Origin: an uncultured Ruminococcus sp.
Lineage (GTDB): Bacteria; Bacillota; Clostridia; Oscillospirales; Ruminococcaceae
Direction of reading: 5' to 3'
Assembly (NCBI GenBank): GCA_937926145.1
Contig: CALANW010000118.1
Location: forward strand, 18,338-82,337
Length of the DNA stretch: 64,000 bases
Shown in pieces: positions 47,201 to 57,914 of the stretch. Made by a program: the position numbers and the translations under genes. The first letter of the stretch is position 1, and each line of letters starts with the position of its first letter. The notes beneath the pieces are model-generated. The model made no database searches. It was given only the letters and a program-made list of their open reading frames with translations, and was not told the origin of the DNA.

Positions 47201-47908
47201 ATGAGCAATCCAATTAAAGAACTTACAGCAAAGGAATGGGCGCTTTGGCTCTGTTCTCTGCTTGCGGTAATAGCTTCAAACCTGCTTGCGGGAAATGTCG
47301 ATATCCTCACGCTCGCGGCGGTATGCATCGGTGTGACTTCACTTGTATTTGCCGCGAAGGGCAATGTCTGGTCGCAAATACTGATGATAGTTTTCAGTGT
47401 CCTCTACGGTATAATTTCGTGGAGATTCCGATACTGGGGCGAAATGATGACCTACCTCGGAATGACCCTGCCAATGGCGGTCTGGTCAACGATAACGTGG
47501 ATAAAAAATCCGTCCGAGAACGGAAAAGAGGTCGAAATACAGAAGCTCACCAAGAAGCACGTCATAGGACTTGTTTTCTTCGGGATAGTAACGACAGCCG
47601 TGTTCTATTTTATATTGAAAGCACTCGGCACACCGAATATCGCCTTCAGTACACTGTCGGTAACAACGAGCTTTTTCGCCGCATCACTCACAATGCTCCG
47701 CTCGCCATTCTATGCGCTCGGATATGCATCGAATGATATCGTGCTCATAGTTTTGTGGGTGCTGGCTTCGATGAATGACCCTCAGTATATCCCCGTTGCG
47801 GTCAATTTTGCGATATTCTTTTTCAATGATATGTATGGATTTGTCAGTTGGAGAAAGAGAGCGCAGGTTCAGAACAGTAATCTGTCGGAGAAATGCGAAG
47901 CTGAATAA
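47201..47908 (+). CDS. pnuC: nicotinamide riboside transporter PnuC family
   Basis: 235-aa polytopic protein with Trp-rich PnuC-like segments (WSTITWIKNP, NDMYGFVSW). Confidence 0.75.
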   Translation: MSNPIKELTAKEWALWLCSLLAVIASNLLAGNVDILTLAAVCIGVTSLVFAAKGNVWSQILMIVFSVLYGIISWRFRYWGEMMTYLGMTLPMAVWSTITWIKNPSENGKEVEIQKLTKKHVIGLVFFGIVTTAVFYFILKALGTPNIAFSTLSVTTSFFAASLTMLRSPFYALGYASNDIVLIVLWVLASMNDPQYIPVAVNFAIFFFNDMYGFVSWRKRAQVQNSNLSEKCEAE

Positions 47909-47943
47909 AGTTAAATAAAATTTAGCAGAGTGTACGAATTTCG

Positions 47944-48181
47944 GCAGGGACGAATTCCATATCCTCCGGATAAACGCACGATTTTGCTCCGCAAAACAAA
48001 TATTGCAGGACATTGTAATATAAACGAACAAGACCTGTTTTCATTGGAATTTTCCTTTGAAAACAGGTCTGTTTTTATAATTATTTCCGACACTTCGTGC
48101 GCCGAAAAATCACTTCGCGATTTGGGACAGGTGCCCCGCCCCTACGGAGTTTATGACAAATATACGCAATACAAATAATTA
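47944..48181. repeat. degenerate mosaic repeat locus D
   Basis: Degenerate palindromes at 47947-47970 and 48124-48145. The GATAAACGCACGATTTTGCTCCGCAAAAC module is present. Terminator hairpin at 48030-48072 plus T5. An ATTACGC heptamer remnant contains the galK stop. Confidence 0.65.
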
Positions 48182-49426
48182 CGCATTGATCTCAGTTCCG
48201 CCAACAGGACGAATGAAAAGCTTGTGGCACGAACCCTCGCCGAAGACAGCGTTTTCTGCCTTGATGAATTCGTCAAGAAGCTCGTTCGGAACGAACGCCT
48301 GAATAGTGCCAGCGAAGCCGCCGCCGTGTACACGCGATGCGCCCTTTCCGCCGAGAACGCGCTCTGCGGTGTAAAGTCCGACCGCAACGCCCTGCTCTTC
48401 GGGGTTCTTGTTCGCATAAACATTCTGCAGGAATTTATAGGAGCTGTTTCCGCTCGCGTTAATTGCTGCGAGGAATGTGTCGATATCGCCCGATTTGAGC
48501 GCTTCTGCCGCTTTTTCCACGCGGTTGTTCTCATCGAAGAAATGCGCCGCACGGAGAACTGCTCTGTCACCGCACTTTTTGCGAAGTTCGCCCATTTTCG
48601 CGAAGAACTCCTCTTCCTCGACCTCGCGGAGAACGGTCTTTCCGAGTGCCGCCGCAACCGACTTCATCTCGGCAGGGATAGCCGCATATTCGGGGGTAAG
48701 GTCTGCGTGGCTGCCCTTGGTGTCAACGATGCAGAGGGTGTAGCCGTACTGATTGATGTTGAACTCGATCGGCACGATGATAGGATACTGCGTTTTCTTG
48801 AAGTCAACATAAACGAAGCCGCCGACCGAAGCCGCCATTTGGTCAAGAAGTCCGCTCGGCTTGCCAAAATATTCATTCTCGGCGAACTGTGATATCTGCG
48901 CCGCCTTAACTGCGCTCACGGTGTTGTCATTGTAAAGTCCCGAAAGTATGCTTGCAACGAGGACTTCAAACGCTGCCGAGGACGAAACGCCGCTTCCTTT
49001 CATAACGTCCGAGGTCATATAAGCCTTGAAGCCGCCTATTTTAAGTCCGTTTTTTGCAAAGCCTGCCGCAACACCTCTAACGAGCGCAGGAGTTGTGTCC
49101 TTTTCGTCAGCCTTGGCTTCAAGCTCTTTCGTGTCAACGGTGAAAAGTGGATAGCCCTCCGATTTTACGGTGATGATGCCGTCATCGGTCGGAACGGTGT
49201 ATGCGATGATGTCAAGGTTTACAGCCGCCGCAAGAACCTTGCCGTTGTTGTGGTCGGTGTGGTTGCCGCTTACCTCTGTTCTGCCGGGGGCGGAGAAAAT
49301 TCTCATGCCGCTCTGCTCGCCGAATTCCCTGACAAAGCTTTCCTCAGCAGCCTTGTAACGTGCTTTCTGGCGGTCAAGCTGATCTTCGCCGTAAAGCTTT
49401 ATAAGCTCATTTTCATTGATATTCAT
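48179..49426 (-). CDS. galK: galactokinase
   Basis: 415 aa with the galactokinase signature GRTEVSGNHTDHNNG and a GHMP motif (GSGVSSSAA). Confidence 0.93.
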   Translation of the reverse strand: MNINENELIKLYGEDQLDRQKARYKAAEESFVREFGEQSGMRIFSAPGRTEVSGNHTDHNNGKVLAAAVNLDIIAYTVPTDDGIITVKSEGYPLFTVDTKELEAKADEKDTTPALVRGVAAGFAKNGLKIGGFKAYMTSDVMKGSGVSSSAAFEVLVASILSGLYNDNTVSAVKAAQISQFAENEYFGKPSGLLDQMAASVGGFVYVDFKKTQYPIIVPIEFNINQYGYTLCIVDTKGSHADLTPEYAAIPAEMKSVAAALGKTVLREVEEEEFFAKMGELRKKCGDRAVLRAAHFFDENNRVEKAAEALKSGDIDTFLAAINASGNSSYKFLQNVYANKNPEEQGVAVGLYTAERVLGGKGASRVHGGGFAGTIQAFVPNELLDEFIKAENAVFGEGSCHKLFIRPVGGTEINA

Positions 49427-49439
49427 AGTTTTATTCTCC

Positions 49440-50720
49440 TTAGCTTTCCATTATTGCAAGAATTGTGATGCCCTTGTCCTCCGAACCATCGGCAGGCTTT
49501 ATTTCAACAGTGTGCTTTTCGGTGTCCTTTGCAAGAAGAACCTGCTTCGGGAAAGCGTAATTTCCCCAGCCGCCCGAGAAGTCGCCCTCGAGCTTGCCCT
49601 TGCGCTCGCCGTCAACATAAACTTCGTAAGTACCGCTCTTGCCGTCCGTAGTTTTGAGGTAAAGTATGCCGATGTTCTGACATTCAACATCGAATGAGAG
49701 CGTTCCGCCGCCCTCCGTTATCCAGTTTTCGGGGAACTGTGAGTAGACCTTGTTCTGACCGACCTCGAAGCCGTCGGCAGTATATTCGATCTGCGAAGCG
49801 TTGACAAGCTTTGCGTTTTTGTAGTAATCGTTTGTGTAGCCCTCTGTGTCGAATGCAGTCACTTCAGCGGCAAGAGAAGCTGTGTCGGAATCGTAAATTC
49901 CGTCAAGATAGCGGGAAAGAAGCTGACCGATGATGCCGTGACCGATATCGTTCGGGTGAATGTTGTCGGGCGAAATGTCTTTCCAGTTGATAGTTCCTGC
50001 CGCAACCTCGGGATAAACGGCTTCACGGTAGCTTATCATTGGCAGATCGTAAGCCTTGCCTATCTCCTTGTGAACGTCCTGCAGGCTCGTTCCGTCCTCC
50101 TGCGTGGTGAAAAGGAGAATGACAGCAGGCTCGTTTTCAGCGGAAAGAACCTTGCGCACAAGGCTGTCGTAGGAGTATTTGTTCATGGTCTTGTCCGTGT
50201 CGTTTACCGAGAATTCGATAACAACAACATCGGGGTTGTAGGAAAGAAGCTGTTCGTCAGCGCGGTGAACGCCAAGATAGGAGTCCGTTCCGCCGATGCC
50301 TGCATTAACTGTGTTGACTTCGCACTCGGGGAACTTTTCCTGCCACCAGGAGAAAAATCTCGAAGCATAGCAGCTGTTAGTGCTTGATGCCGCCGTTCCC
50401 TGCGTGATAGAGCCGCCGATAGCCGCAACGGTGATGCTTTCACCCTTTTTAGCCTTTTCCATAGCCGCTGCAAGACGGGAAGTGTTGCCCTCGTTGAGGA
50501 GTGCGCGGTTGTACATCTTGTCGGTAACGCCGCCCTCAAGGTCGAACGGTACGCTCGGGTCAACAGCGTTTTCATCTACCGAAACAGCGGTGGTAACAAC
50601 CGTCGCCGCCTCGCTCGTTTCGGAAGTGCCTGCATCGTCAGTCTTGTTTCCGCAGCCGCCGAGCATCGAAATGCATATAAGCGCCGCGATAAAAGCGGAA
50701 ATGCGCTTTGTATTCTTCAT
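49440..50720 (-). CDS. secreted SGNH/GDSL-type esterase lipoprotein with C-terminal beta-sandwich domain
   Basis: Lipobox ISMLGGCG. Block I reads AAIGGSITQG and block V reads DNIHPNDIGH. Confidence 0.75.
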   Translation of the reverse strand: MKNTKRISAFIAALICISMLGGCGNKTDDAGTSETSEAATVVTTAVSVDENAVDPSVPFDLEGGVTDKMYNRALLNEGNTSRLAAAMEKAKKGESITVAAIGGSITQGTAASSTNSCYASRFFSWWQEKFPECEVNTVNAGIGGTDSYLGVHRADEQLLSYNPDVVVIEFSVNDTDKTMNKYSYDSLVRKVLSAENEPAVILLFTTQEDGTSLQDVHKEIGKAYDLPMISYREAVYPEVAAGTINWKDISPDNIHPNDIGHGIIGQLLSRYLDGIYDSDTASLAAEVTAFDTEGYTNDYYKNAKLVNASQIEYTADGFEVGQNKVYSQFPENWITEGGGTLSFDVECQNIGILYLKTTDGKSGTYEVYVDGERKGKLEGDFSGGWGNYAFPKQVLLAKDTEKHTVEIKPADGSEDKGITILAIMES

Positions 50721-50816
50721 ATATTATCGTTCCTTTCCGATTTTTAGGAAAAATATTCAATGTACTAATTATACCAAACTTTTGCTGTAAATGCAATAAT
50801 GTTTGAGGGATTTTAT

Positions 50817-50919
50817 TAATGCTTAATGCGTAATTCGTAATGCGTAATTATTTTATTTCGGGAAATTGTTGTTTCGCCGTAAATTTGCGGAGCAAAATAA
50901 TTACGCATTGCGAATTGCA
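50817..50919. repeat. minimal mosaic repeat element (locus E, 103 bp)
   Basis: The (AATKCKT)x4 array at 50817-50850 and the inverted ATTRCGM array at 50899-50919 are separated only by the ATTTCGGG...CGCCGTAAATTTGCGGAGCAAAAT core. Confidence 0.8.
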
Positions 50920-50981
50920 AATGTTATACCCTCTATAACTAATTTAAATATCGCAATATTTATAAATTAATAAAAAATCGG

Positions 50982-51010
50982 TTGACTTTAAAAGGGAATA
51001 ATATTATAAT
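50982..51010 (+). promoter_or_regulatory. ilvBNC promoter
   Basis: TTGACT (50982-50987), 17-nt spacer, TATAAT (51005-51010). Confidence 0.65.
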
Positions 51011-51044
51011 AATAAGTATATTTATTATGTTTGGAGTGATTAGG

Positions 51045-52673
51045 ATGACTGAGAAGATCAAAGCCGCCGAAGCCATGGTCAAGTGCCTGGAGCAAGAGGG
51101 TGTCAAAGTCGTCTTCGGTTATCCCGGAGCTGCTATCTGCCCTTTCTATGATGAGCTTTACAAAAGCGATATACACCATGTCCTTGTAAGACACGAAGCA
51201 AACGCAGGTCATGCCGCTAACGGCTATGCAAGAATCACCAACAAGCCTGCTGTATGTATTGCCACATCGGGTCCGGGCGCAACTAATCTTATTACCGCGA
51301 TAGCTACCGCTTATGCCGACAGTATCCCGATAATCTGTATCACGGGTCAGGTTTCCACCGACCAGATCGGCTGCGATGTTTTCCAGGAGGCAGACATTAC
51401 GGGTTCTGCGATGCCGTTCGTAAAGCACAGCTACCTTGTCAAGAACGCAAGCGACCTCCCGCGAATTTTCAAGGAGGCTTTCCATATTGCAGGAACGGGC
51501 AGAAAAGGTCCTGTCCTGATAGATGTTCCGATCGATGTTCAGCAGGCTGTCATCAAATATGAGCCCGTTGAAGAAGTTTCGATGCGCACATACAAGCCCA
51601 CTTTCAAGGGCAACACAATGCAGGTAAAGAAGATCGCAAAGGCTCTCGAAGCTGCCAAGAAGCCGCTTATCTGCGCAGGCGGCGGTGTTTTTGCCTCCGA
51701 CGCTGCGGACGAGCTTATCGCTTTTGCCGAAAAGTCGGGTATCCCTGCTGTTTCGACAATGATGGGCATAAGCCTTTTCCCTACCGACCACCCGCTTTAT
51801 ATGGGTATGCTCGGTATGCACGGCGTTAAGACCGCTAACCACGCTGTCAGCGAGTGCGACACGCTTATCCTCATCGGCGCAAGAGTTGGCGACAGAGCTG
51901 TTACTTCGCCGAGCTTCCTTGCCGAAAACAAGAAGATCATACATATTGATATAGACCCTGCCGAGATAGGCAAGAACATTGAAACGGATATCCCGCTTGT
52001 AGGTGACTGCAAGGCTATCCTCACAGAGCTCACCGACTACATCGAGAAGAAAGACCGCTCCGAGTGGCTTTCCGAGCTCAACGAGGTAAAGAATTCCATT
52101 CCTACCGAAAACGAGACTGAAGGTTACGTCAACCCGAAGATGTTTATCCGCAAGCTTTCTAACGCACTCCCCGACAACTCGGTATGCGTTGCCGATGTCG
52201 GTCAGAACCAGATCTGGGCTTGCAACAATTTCAACATCAAAAAGGGCGGCAGATTCCTCACGAGCGGCGGCATGGGAACAATGGGTTACTCCGTTCCTGC
52301 GGCTGTCGGCGCGAAAATGGCTGCACCCGACAAGGAAGTTGTCGTTATCTGCGGCGACGGTTCGTTCCAGATGCAGATGATGGAGCTTGCGACTATCGTT
52401 CAGGAGAACATTGCCGTAAAGATAATCATTATGCGAAACAACCGCCTCGGAATGGTTCGTGAGCTTCAGACAAAGGCTTATAAAGATCAGCAGATAGCAG
52501 TTCGTCTTACGGACGGAAACCCTGATTTCGCGATGCTTGCAAAGGCTTACGGCATTGATTCTATGTCCGTTTCAAATATGTCCGAAGCGGAAGAAGCTAT
52601 CGGAAAGCTCGCAGCTTCCGACAAGCCGTTCCTGCTTGAAGTCAACGTATTCAAAAACGAAAGCACTTTATAA
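51045..52673 (+). CDS. ilvB: acetolactate synthase large subunit
   Basis: Start at MTEKIKAAEAM after GGAGTGA. ThDP-enzyme motifs are present (GYPGAAICP, GDGSFQMQMMEL). Confidence 0.93.
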   Translation: MTEKIKAAEAMVKCLEQEGVKVVFGYPGAAICPFYDELYKSDIHHVLVRHEANAGHAANGYARITNKPAVCIATSGPGATNLITAIATAYADSIPIICITGQVSTDQIGCDVFQEADITGSAMPFVKHSYLVKNASDLPRIFKEAFHIAGTGRKGPVLIDVPIDVQQAVIKYEPVEEVSMRTYKPTFKGNTMQVKKIAKALEAAKKPLICAGGGVFASDAADELIAFAEKSGIPAVSTMMGISLFPTDHPLYMGMLGMHGVKTANHAVSECDTLILIGARVGDRAVTSPSFLAENKKIIHIDIDPAEIGKNIETDIPLVGDCKAILTELTDYIEKKDRSEWLSELNEVKNSIPTENETEGYVNPKMFIRKLSNALPDNSVCVADVGQNQIWACNNFNIKKGGRFLTSGGMGTMGYSVPAAVGAKMAAPDKEVVVICGDGSFQMQMMELATIVQENIAVKIIIMRNNRLGMVRELQTKAYKDQQIAVRLTDGNPDFAMLAKAYGIDSMSVSNMSEAEEAIGKLAASDKPFLLEVNVFKNESTL

Positions 52674-52690
52674 TAGGGAGAGAAAAATAT

Positions 52691-53185
52691 ATGAAACACA
52701 CTATCTCAGTCCTTGTTGAGAACCATGCAGGCGTTCTTTCCAGAGTTTCGGGACTTTTTTCAAGAAGAGGCTTCAACATCGACAGCCTTGCAGTAGGCGT
52801 TACCGATGACCCCGAAATTTCAAGAATCACCATTGTTGCCGACGGTGATGAACACACCGCTCAGCAGCTTGAAAAGCAGCTCAACAAGCTCATCGATACT
52901 CTCAAAGTCAAGAATCTCAGCGAGGGCGAGTTCATTTCAAGAGAGCTTCAGATGATAAAGATAAACGCAAACGCTTCGCAGAGAAGCGAAATTCTCACCA
53001 TCTGCGAGATCATGGGTGCAAAGGTTGTTGACCTTACTTCCAACACCGTTACGGTCGAAATCTGCGACACAACGCCGACTTTGAAGCGCTTTGCGGAGCT
53101 TGTTCGTCCTTACGGCATAAAGGAACTCGTAAGAACGGGTGTTATCGCTATCGAAAAGGGTTCGGATAGCCTTAAGACCAAGTAA
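52691..53185 (+). CDS. ilvN: acetolactate synthase small (regulatory) subunit
   Basis: 164 aa with an ACT-domain start (ISVLVENHAGVLSRVSGLFSRRGFNIDSL). Confidence 0.93.
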   Translation: MKHTISVLVENHAGVLSRVSGLFSRRGFNIDSLAVGVTDDPEISRITIVADGDEHTAQQLEKQLNKLIDTLKVKNLSEGEFISRELQMIKINANASQRSEILTICEIMGAKVVDLTSNTVTVEICDTTPTLKRFAELVRPYGIKELVRTGVIAIEKGSDSLKTK

Positions 53186-53251
53186 TAATGTTTCTGATTC
53201 TGCGTCAGAATTTTTCTGCACAGTTCAAAAAATGGGTTTGCTAAAGTTTGA

Positions 53252-54319
<1,068 letters not shown>

Positions 54320-54322
<3 letters not shown>

Positions 54323-54590
54323 TTCGGAATTAGGAATTCGGAATGCGGAATTATTGGTGATTTGTACATTTGTCACGAAACGCCAAAATTTCGTACCATA
54401 AGGCATTAATATAATAACAAACAACCCTGTTTTCAATGGTTTTATCCAAAGAAAATAGGGTTGTTTTTGTTATTATTCAAGATATTGGGTACACATAAAA
54501 TTGCTGACGCAATTCGGGACGGAAATCGGTTCTCGCCATAAATTTGCGGAGCAAAGTAATTCCGAATTCCGCATTCCGAATTCCGAATTA
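54320..54590. repeat. mosaic intergenic repeat locus F
   Basis: Left array at 54320-54353 starts with the ilvC stop TAA. Right array (ATTCCGM)x4 at 54558-54590 ends with the sod stop. Terminator hairpin at 54421-54464. Degenerate palindrome at 54516-54535. Confidence 0.85.
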
Positions 54591-55187
54591 ATATAAAATG
54601 TTTCTCTCCAATTCGTCCCAGTTAAGTATTTCAAGCGCCGCATCAATGTAATCATCACGGTGGTTCTGACGGTCGAGGTAGTAGCTGTGTTCCCATAGAT
54701 CGAGAGCGCAGACGGGACGGATATTTTCACCCTCGGGGAGCGTATGATTCGGCGTTGACATTATAAACAGTCCTCCGCAGCAGTCCTCGCAGACCCATGT
54801 AAAACCCGAGCCGTAGACCTTTGCGGCGGTTTCTTTTATCGCTTTGAGAAATTTCTCCACACTGCCAAACTGCTTGTTCAGGATCATTTTCAAATGGTCG
54901 GACGGCTCTTTCCGATTCGGCGAAAGCGACTTGAAATACAGCTCGTGTCCGAACACTGATGCGGCGGCTCTTGCGATATCGATATCTTTCCAGTGAGCAA
55001 GGTTTTCAAGGCTGATATTCTGCGCCTGCGGCTGTTCAAGCACCATTGCATTGAGCTTTTTCAGCGTCGGCAGATAATGCTCATTATAGTGAAAAAACAC
55101 GGTGAAGCGCCCGATATTCGGTTCGAGCGCATTGTCCTCATACTCCAATTTCAGTTCCGCAAAGGGATAATATTGTTCATATACCAT
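54588..55187 (-). CDS. sodA: Fe/Mn-family superoxide dismutase
   Basis: 199 aa with DLWEHSYYLD. The four metal ligands can be aligned by eye (H in FFHYNEH, H in FGHELYF, and D and H in DLWEH). Confidence 0.8.
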   Translation of the reverse strand: MVYEQYYPFAELKLEYEDNALEPNIGRFTVFFHYNEHYLPTLKKLNAMVLEQPQAQNISLENLAHWKDIDIARAAASVFGHELYFKSLSPNRKEPSDHLKMILNKQFGSVEKFLKAIKETAAKVYGSGFTWVCEDCCGGLFIMSTPNHTLPEGENIRPVCALDLWEHSYYLDRQNHRDDYIDAALEILNWDELERNILY

Positions 55188-55199
55188 AGTCGGTCTCCT

Positions 55200-57302
55200 T
55201 TATATAAATAGATTTGAAATGCCCGAAACTGCGGCGCAGAGTATAAGTCCTACCGCCGTCGGGAGTGTCGCACCAAGCAGTGTCCACTTCAGACTTCCCG
55301 TTTCCTTTTTCATCGTCATAAGCGAGGTCGAACACGGGAAATGGCAGAGCATAAATATCAGCGTACACACTGCCGTAACGGGTGTCCAGCCGTTCGCGAG
55401 CAGGATATTTTTCAGCGAATCAAGGTTCTCGTAGTCGGTCATCACCCCCGATGAAAGATATCCCATAAGCATTATCGGGATAACAATTTCATTCGCAGGA
55501 AAACCTAAAATAAACGCAAGCAGGATAACTCCGTCCATTCCGAAAAACCGTGCGAAAGGGTCGAGTGCACCCGAGCATATCGAAAGTATGCTTTCGCCGC
55601 CGATTTGGACATTTGCCGCAAGCCATATAATAAGACCTGCAGGAGCGGCGGCTGTCACGGCTCTGCCGAGGACGAAAACCGTTCTGTCGAGCAGTGAGCG
55701 AATGAGTATCTTCCCTATCTGCGGTCGGCGGTAAGGCGGAAGTTCAAGCGTGAACGAGGACGGTTCGCCTTTCAGTAACGTTTTTGACAGCAGTTTCGAG
55801 ATAAAGAGCGTCAGCATCACGCCGAAAAGTATAAAAAGTATCAGAATTCCGACCGAGATGAGCGAGCCGCCGAAGCCGCCCGTTCCTGCCGCAAAAAATA
55901 TCGTTATTATTGCGATAAGCGCAGGAAAACGCCCGTTGCACGGGACAAAATTGTTCGTGAGGATAGCAATGAGCCTTTCCCTCGGCGAATCGATTATGCG
56001 GCAGCCCGTTATTCCGACCGCGTTGCAGCCGAAGCCCATTGCCATTGTCAGCGATTGCTTTCCGCAAGCACCTGCGCGCTTAAAATATCGGTCGAGGTTG
56101 AATGCCGCCCTCGGCAGGTAGCCAAGGTCTTCGAGCAGCGTGAAAAGCGGAAAAAATATTGCCATTGGCGGCAGCATTACCGAAATTACCCACGTCAGAA
56201 TACGGTAGATTCCGTCTAAAAGCACACCTTTCAGCCATTGCGGAGCGGCGGTCATTTCCATAAGTGCGCGGAGCTTTTCCCCGAGCGCGCCGAACGCCGA
56301 TGAAAGCAGTGCCGAGGGGTAATTTGCGCCGTAAATCGTTATCCAGAATATGACGGCGAGCATTGCCGCCATTATCGGAACGCCCCAGACTTTGTGGGTT
56401 AAAACACGGTCAATTTTGCGGTCGCGTTTAAGGCAGTTTTCGTCGCCGAAGTGAACACATTCCGCAGCGATATCTTCGCCCTTGCGGACGAGCGTTGTAA
56501 CGATAGTATCGCGTATCTTCTGTCCGTCATAGCCGACCGATGCAAGGCGTTCTTTTTCCGCTGAAATAACAGTAAGCGTTTCTTCATCGGCGCTTTCGAG
56601 AAATCTCTGCGAAAGCTTTTCGTCACCCTCCAAAATGCGCAGAGCAGCAAAGCGTCCGCCGCCGTTTTCGCCGAGCCTTTCGGATATCACAGCCGCGGAG
56701 CGCTCTATTTCTTCGTCATAAGTACAGCGGAAAGCCTGCTCCCTCGTTATGTCTTTTATTGCGGAAAGTCCGTTTGCGAACGCTTCCATACCCTCGCCCG
56801 AACGTGCCGCCGCAGGATAGACGGGTACTCCGAGCAATGTCGAAAGCTTTTCGCAGTCAACGGATATCTGCTTTTTCCGAGCCTCGTCGATAAGATTCAC
56901 GCAGACGACAACGTGCGGCGTTATTTCAAGTATCTGCAGAACAAGGTTGAGGTTTCGTTCAAGACAGGACGCATCGCATACGACCGCAACACCCTGCGCG
57001 CCGCCGAAGCAGATAAAATCGCGCGCGGCTTCTTCCTCCGCCGAGTGCGCAAGTATCGAATATGTACCGGGGATATCGACAAGAGTATATGAATTCCCGC
57101 CGCAGGAAAAGCTTCCGCAGGCGTTCTGCACCGTTTTTCCCGTCCAGTTTCCCGTATGCTGATGAAGTCCCGTAAGAAAGTTGAAAACCGTTGATTTTCC
57201 GACATTCGGGTTGCCTGCAAGCGCAAGAACGATGCTGTCCGTGTCGGAAATATGCTCGATATCGCCGCAGCATTTGCCCGTATTTGAGGCTGTAAGTCCC
57301 AT
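55200..57302 (-). CDS. feoB: ferrous iron transporter FeoB
   Basis: 700 aa with an N-terminal G-domain (GNPNVGKSTVFN) and a polytopic C-terminal permease. Confidence 0.93.
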   Translation of the reverse strand: MGLTASNTGKCCGDIEHISDTDSIVLALAGNPNVGKSTVFNFLTGLHQHTGNWTGKTVQNACGSFSCGGNSYTLVDIPGTYSILAHSAEEEAARDFICFGGAQGVAVVCDASCLERNLNLVLQILEITPHVVVCVNLIDEARKKQISVDCEKLSTLLGVPVYPAAARSGEGMEAFANGLSAIKDITREQAFRCTYDEEIERSAAVISERLGENGGGRFAALRILEGDEKLSQRFLESADEETLTVISAEKERLASVGYDGQKIRDTIVTTLVRKGEDIAAECVHFGDENCLKRDRKIDRVLTHKVWGVPIMAAMLAVIFWITIYGANYPSALLSSAFGALGEKLRALMEMTAAPQWLKGVLLDGIYRILTWVISVMLPPMAIFFPLFTLLEDLGYLPRAAFNLDRYFKRAGACGKQSLTMAMGFGCNAVGITGCRIIDSPRERLIAILTNNFVPCNGRFPALIAIITIFFAAGTGGFGGSLISVGILILFILFGVMLTLFISKLLSKTLLKGEPSSFTLELPPYRRPQIGKILIRSLLDRTVFVLGRAVTAAAPAGLIIWLAANVQIGGESILSICSGALDPFARFFGMDGVILLAFILGFPANEIVIPIMLMGYLSSGVMTDYENLDSLKNILLANGWTPVTAVCTLIFMLCHFPCSTSLMTMKKETGSLKWTLLGATLPTAVGLILCAAVSGISNLFI

Positions 57303-57420
57303 ACGCTCCCTCCTTTTATTGATTGACTTGATACAAGTCTATTCAGCGGCGGCAAGTCCTTATTCGTTACGAAAAATTATTTTAAAATGTTAAAAAAGTG
57401 TAAAAACACTTCAAAATCTC

Positions 57421-57451
57421 TTGACTTTGAGCCAACTCCAAGTATTATAAT
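57421..57451 (+). promoter_or_regulatory. MerR-type promoter with 19-bp spacer and internal dyad operator
   Basis: TTGACT (57421-57426), 19-nt spacer, TATAAT (57446-57451). The dyad is ACTTTGAG (57424-57431), ccaa, CTCCAAGT (57436-57443). Confidence 0.65.
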
Positions 57452-57515
57452 GTAATCAGAAAAAAGGTGGTGATCCGAATTTCCCGAAAAGCGTGATTCG
57501 GGAGATCAGAAGAAT

Positions 57516-57896
57516 ATGACTATTAAAGAAGTAAGCGAAAAATACGGACTTTCGCAGGATACTCTGCGATATTACGAAAAAATCGGCGTTATCCCACCCG
57601 TTACAAGAACTTCGGGCGGTATCCGAAACTACACCGAAAAGGATATAGGCTGGGTCGAAAACGCCGTTTGTATGCGTAATGCAGGACTTCCCGTTGAAGT
57701 CATAGCCGAGTATTGCAGGCTTTTCAGCATGGGCGACTCGACTATCGACGCACGGCTCGAACTTCTCACCGAGCAGCGCAAAAAACTCATTGAGCAAAAG
57801 GAACAGCTTGAAGCGGAAATTTCACGCCTTGACTACAAGATAGGCAGATATGAGATAGCCGTAAAGACTGGCGTTTTAAGCTGGGAAAAAGAATAA
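57516..57896 (+). CDS. MerR-family transcriptional regulator (NmlR/AdhR-like, single Cys at position 52)
   Basis: 126 aa with an HTH (IKEVSEKYGLSQDTLRYYEKIGVI) and a coiled-coil dimerisation helix. Cys52 lies in NAVCMRNAG. Confidence 0.85.
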   Translation: MTIKEVSEKYGLSQDTLRYYEKIGVIPPVTRTSGGIRNYTEKDIGWVENAVCMRNAGLPVEVIAEYCRLFSMGDSTIDARLELLTEQRKKLIEQKEQLEAEISRLDYKIGRYEIAVKTGVLSWEKE

Positions 57897-57914
57897 TGAA
57901 AGGACTTGAAAATC

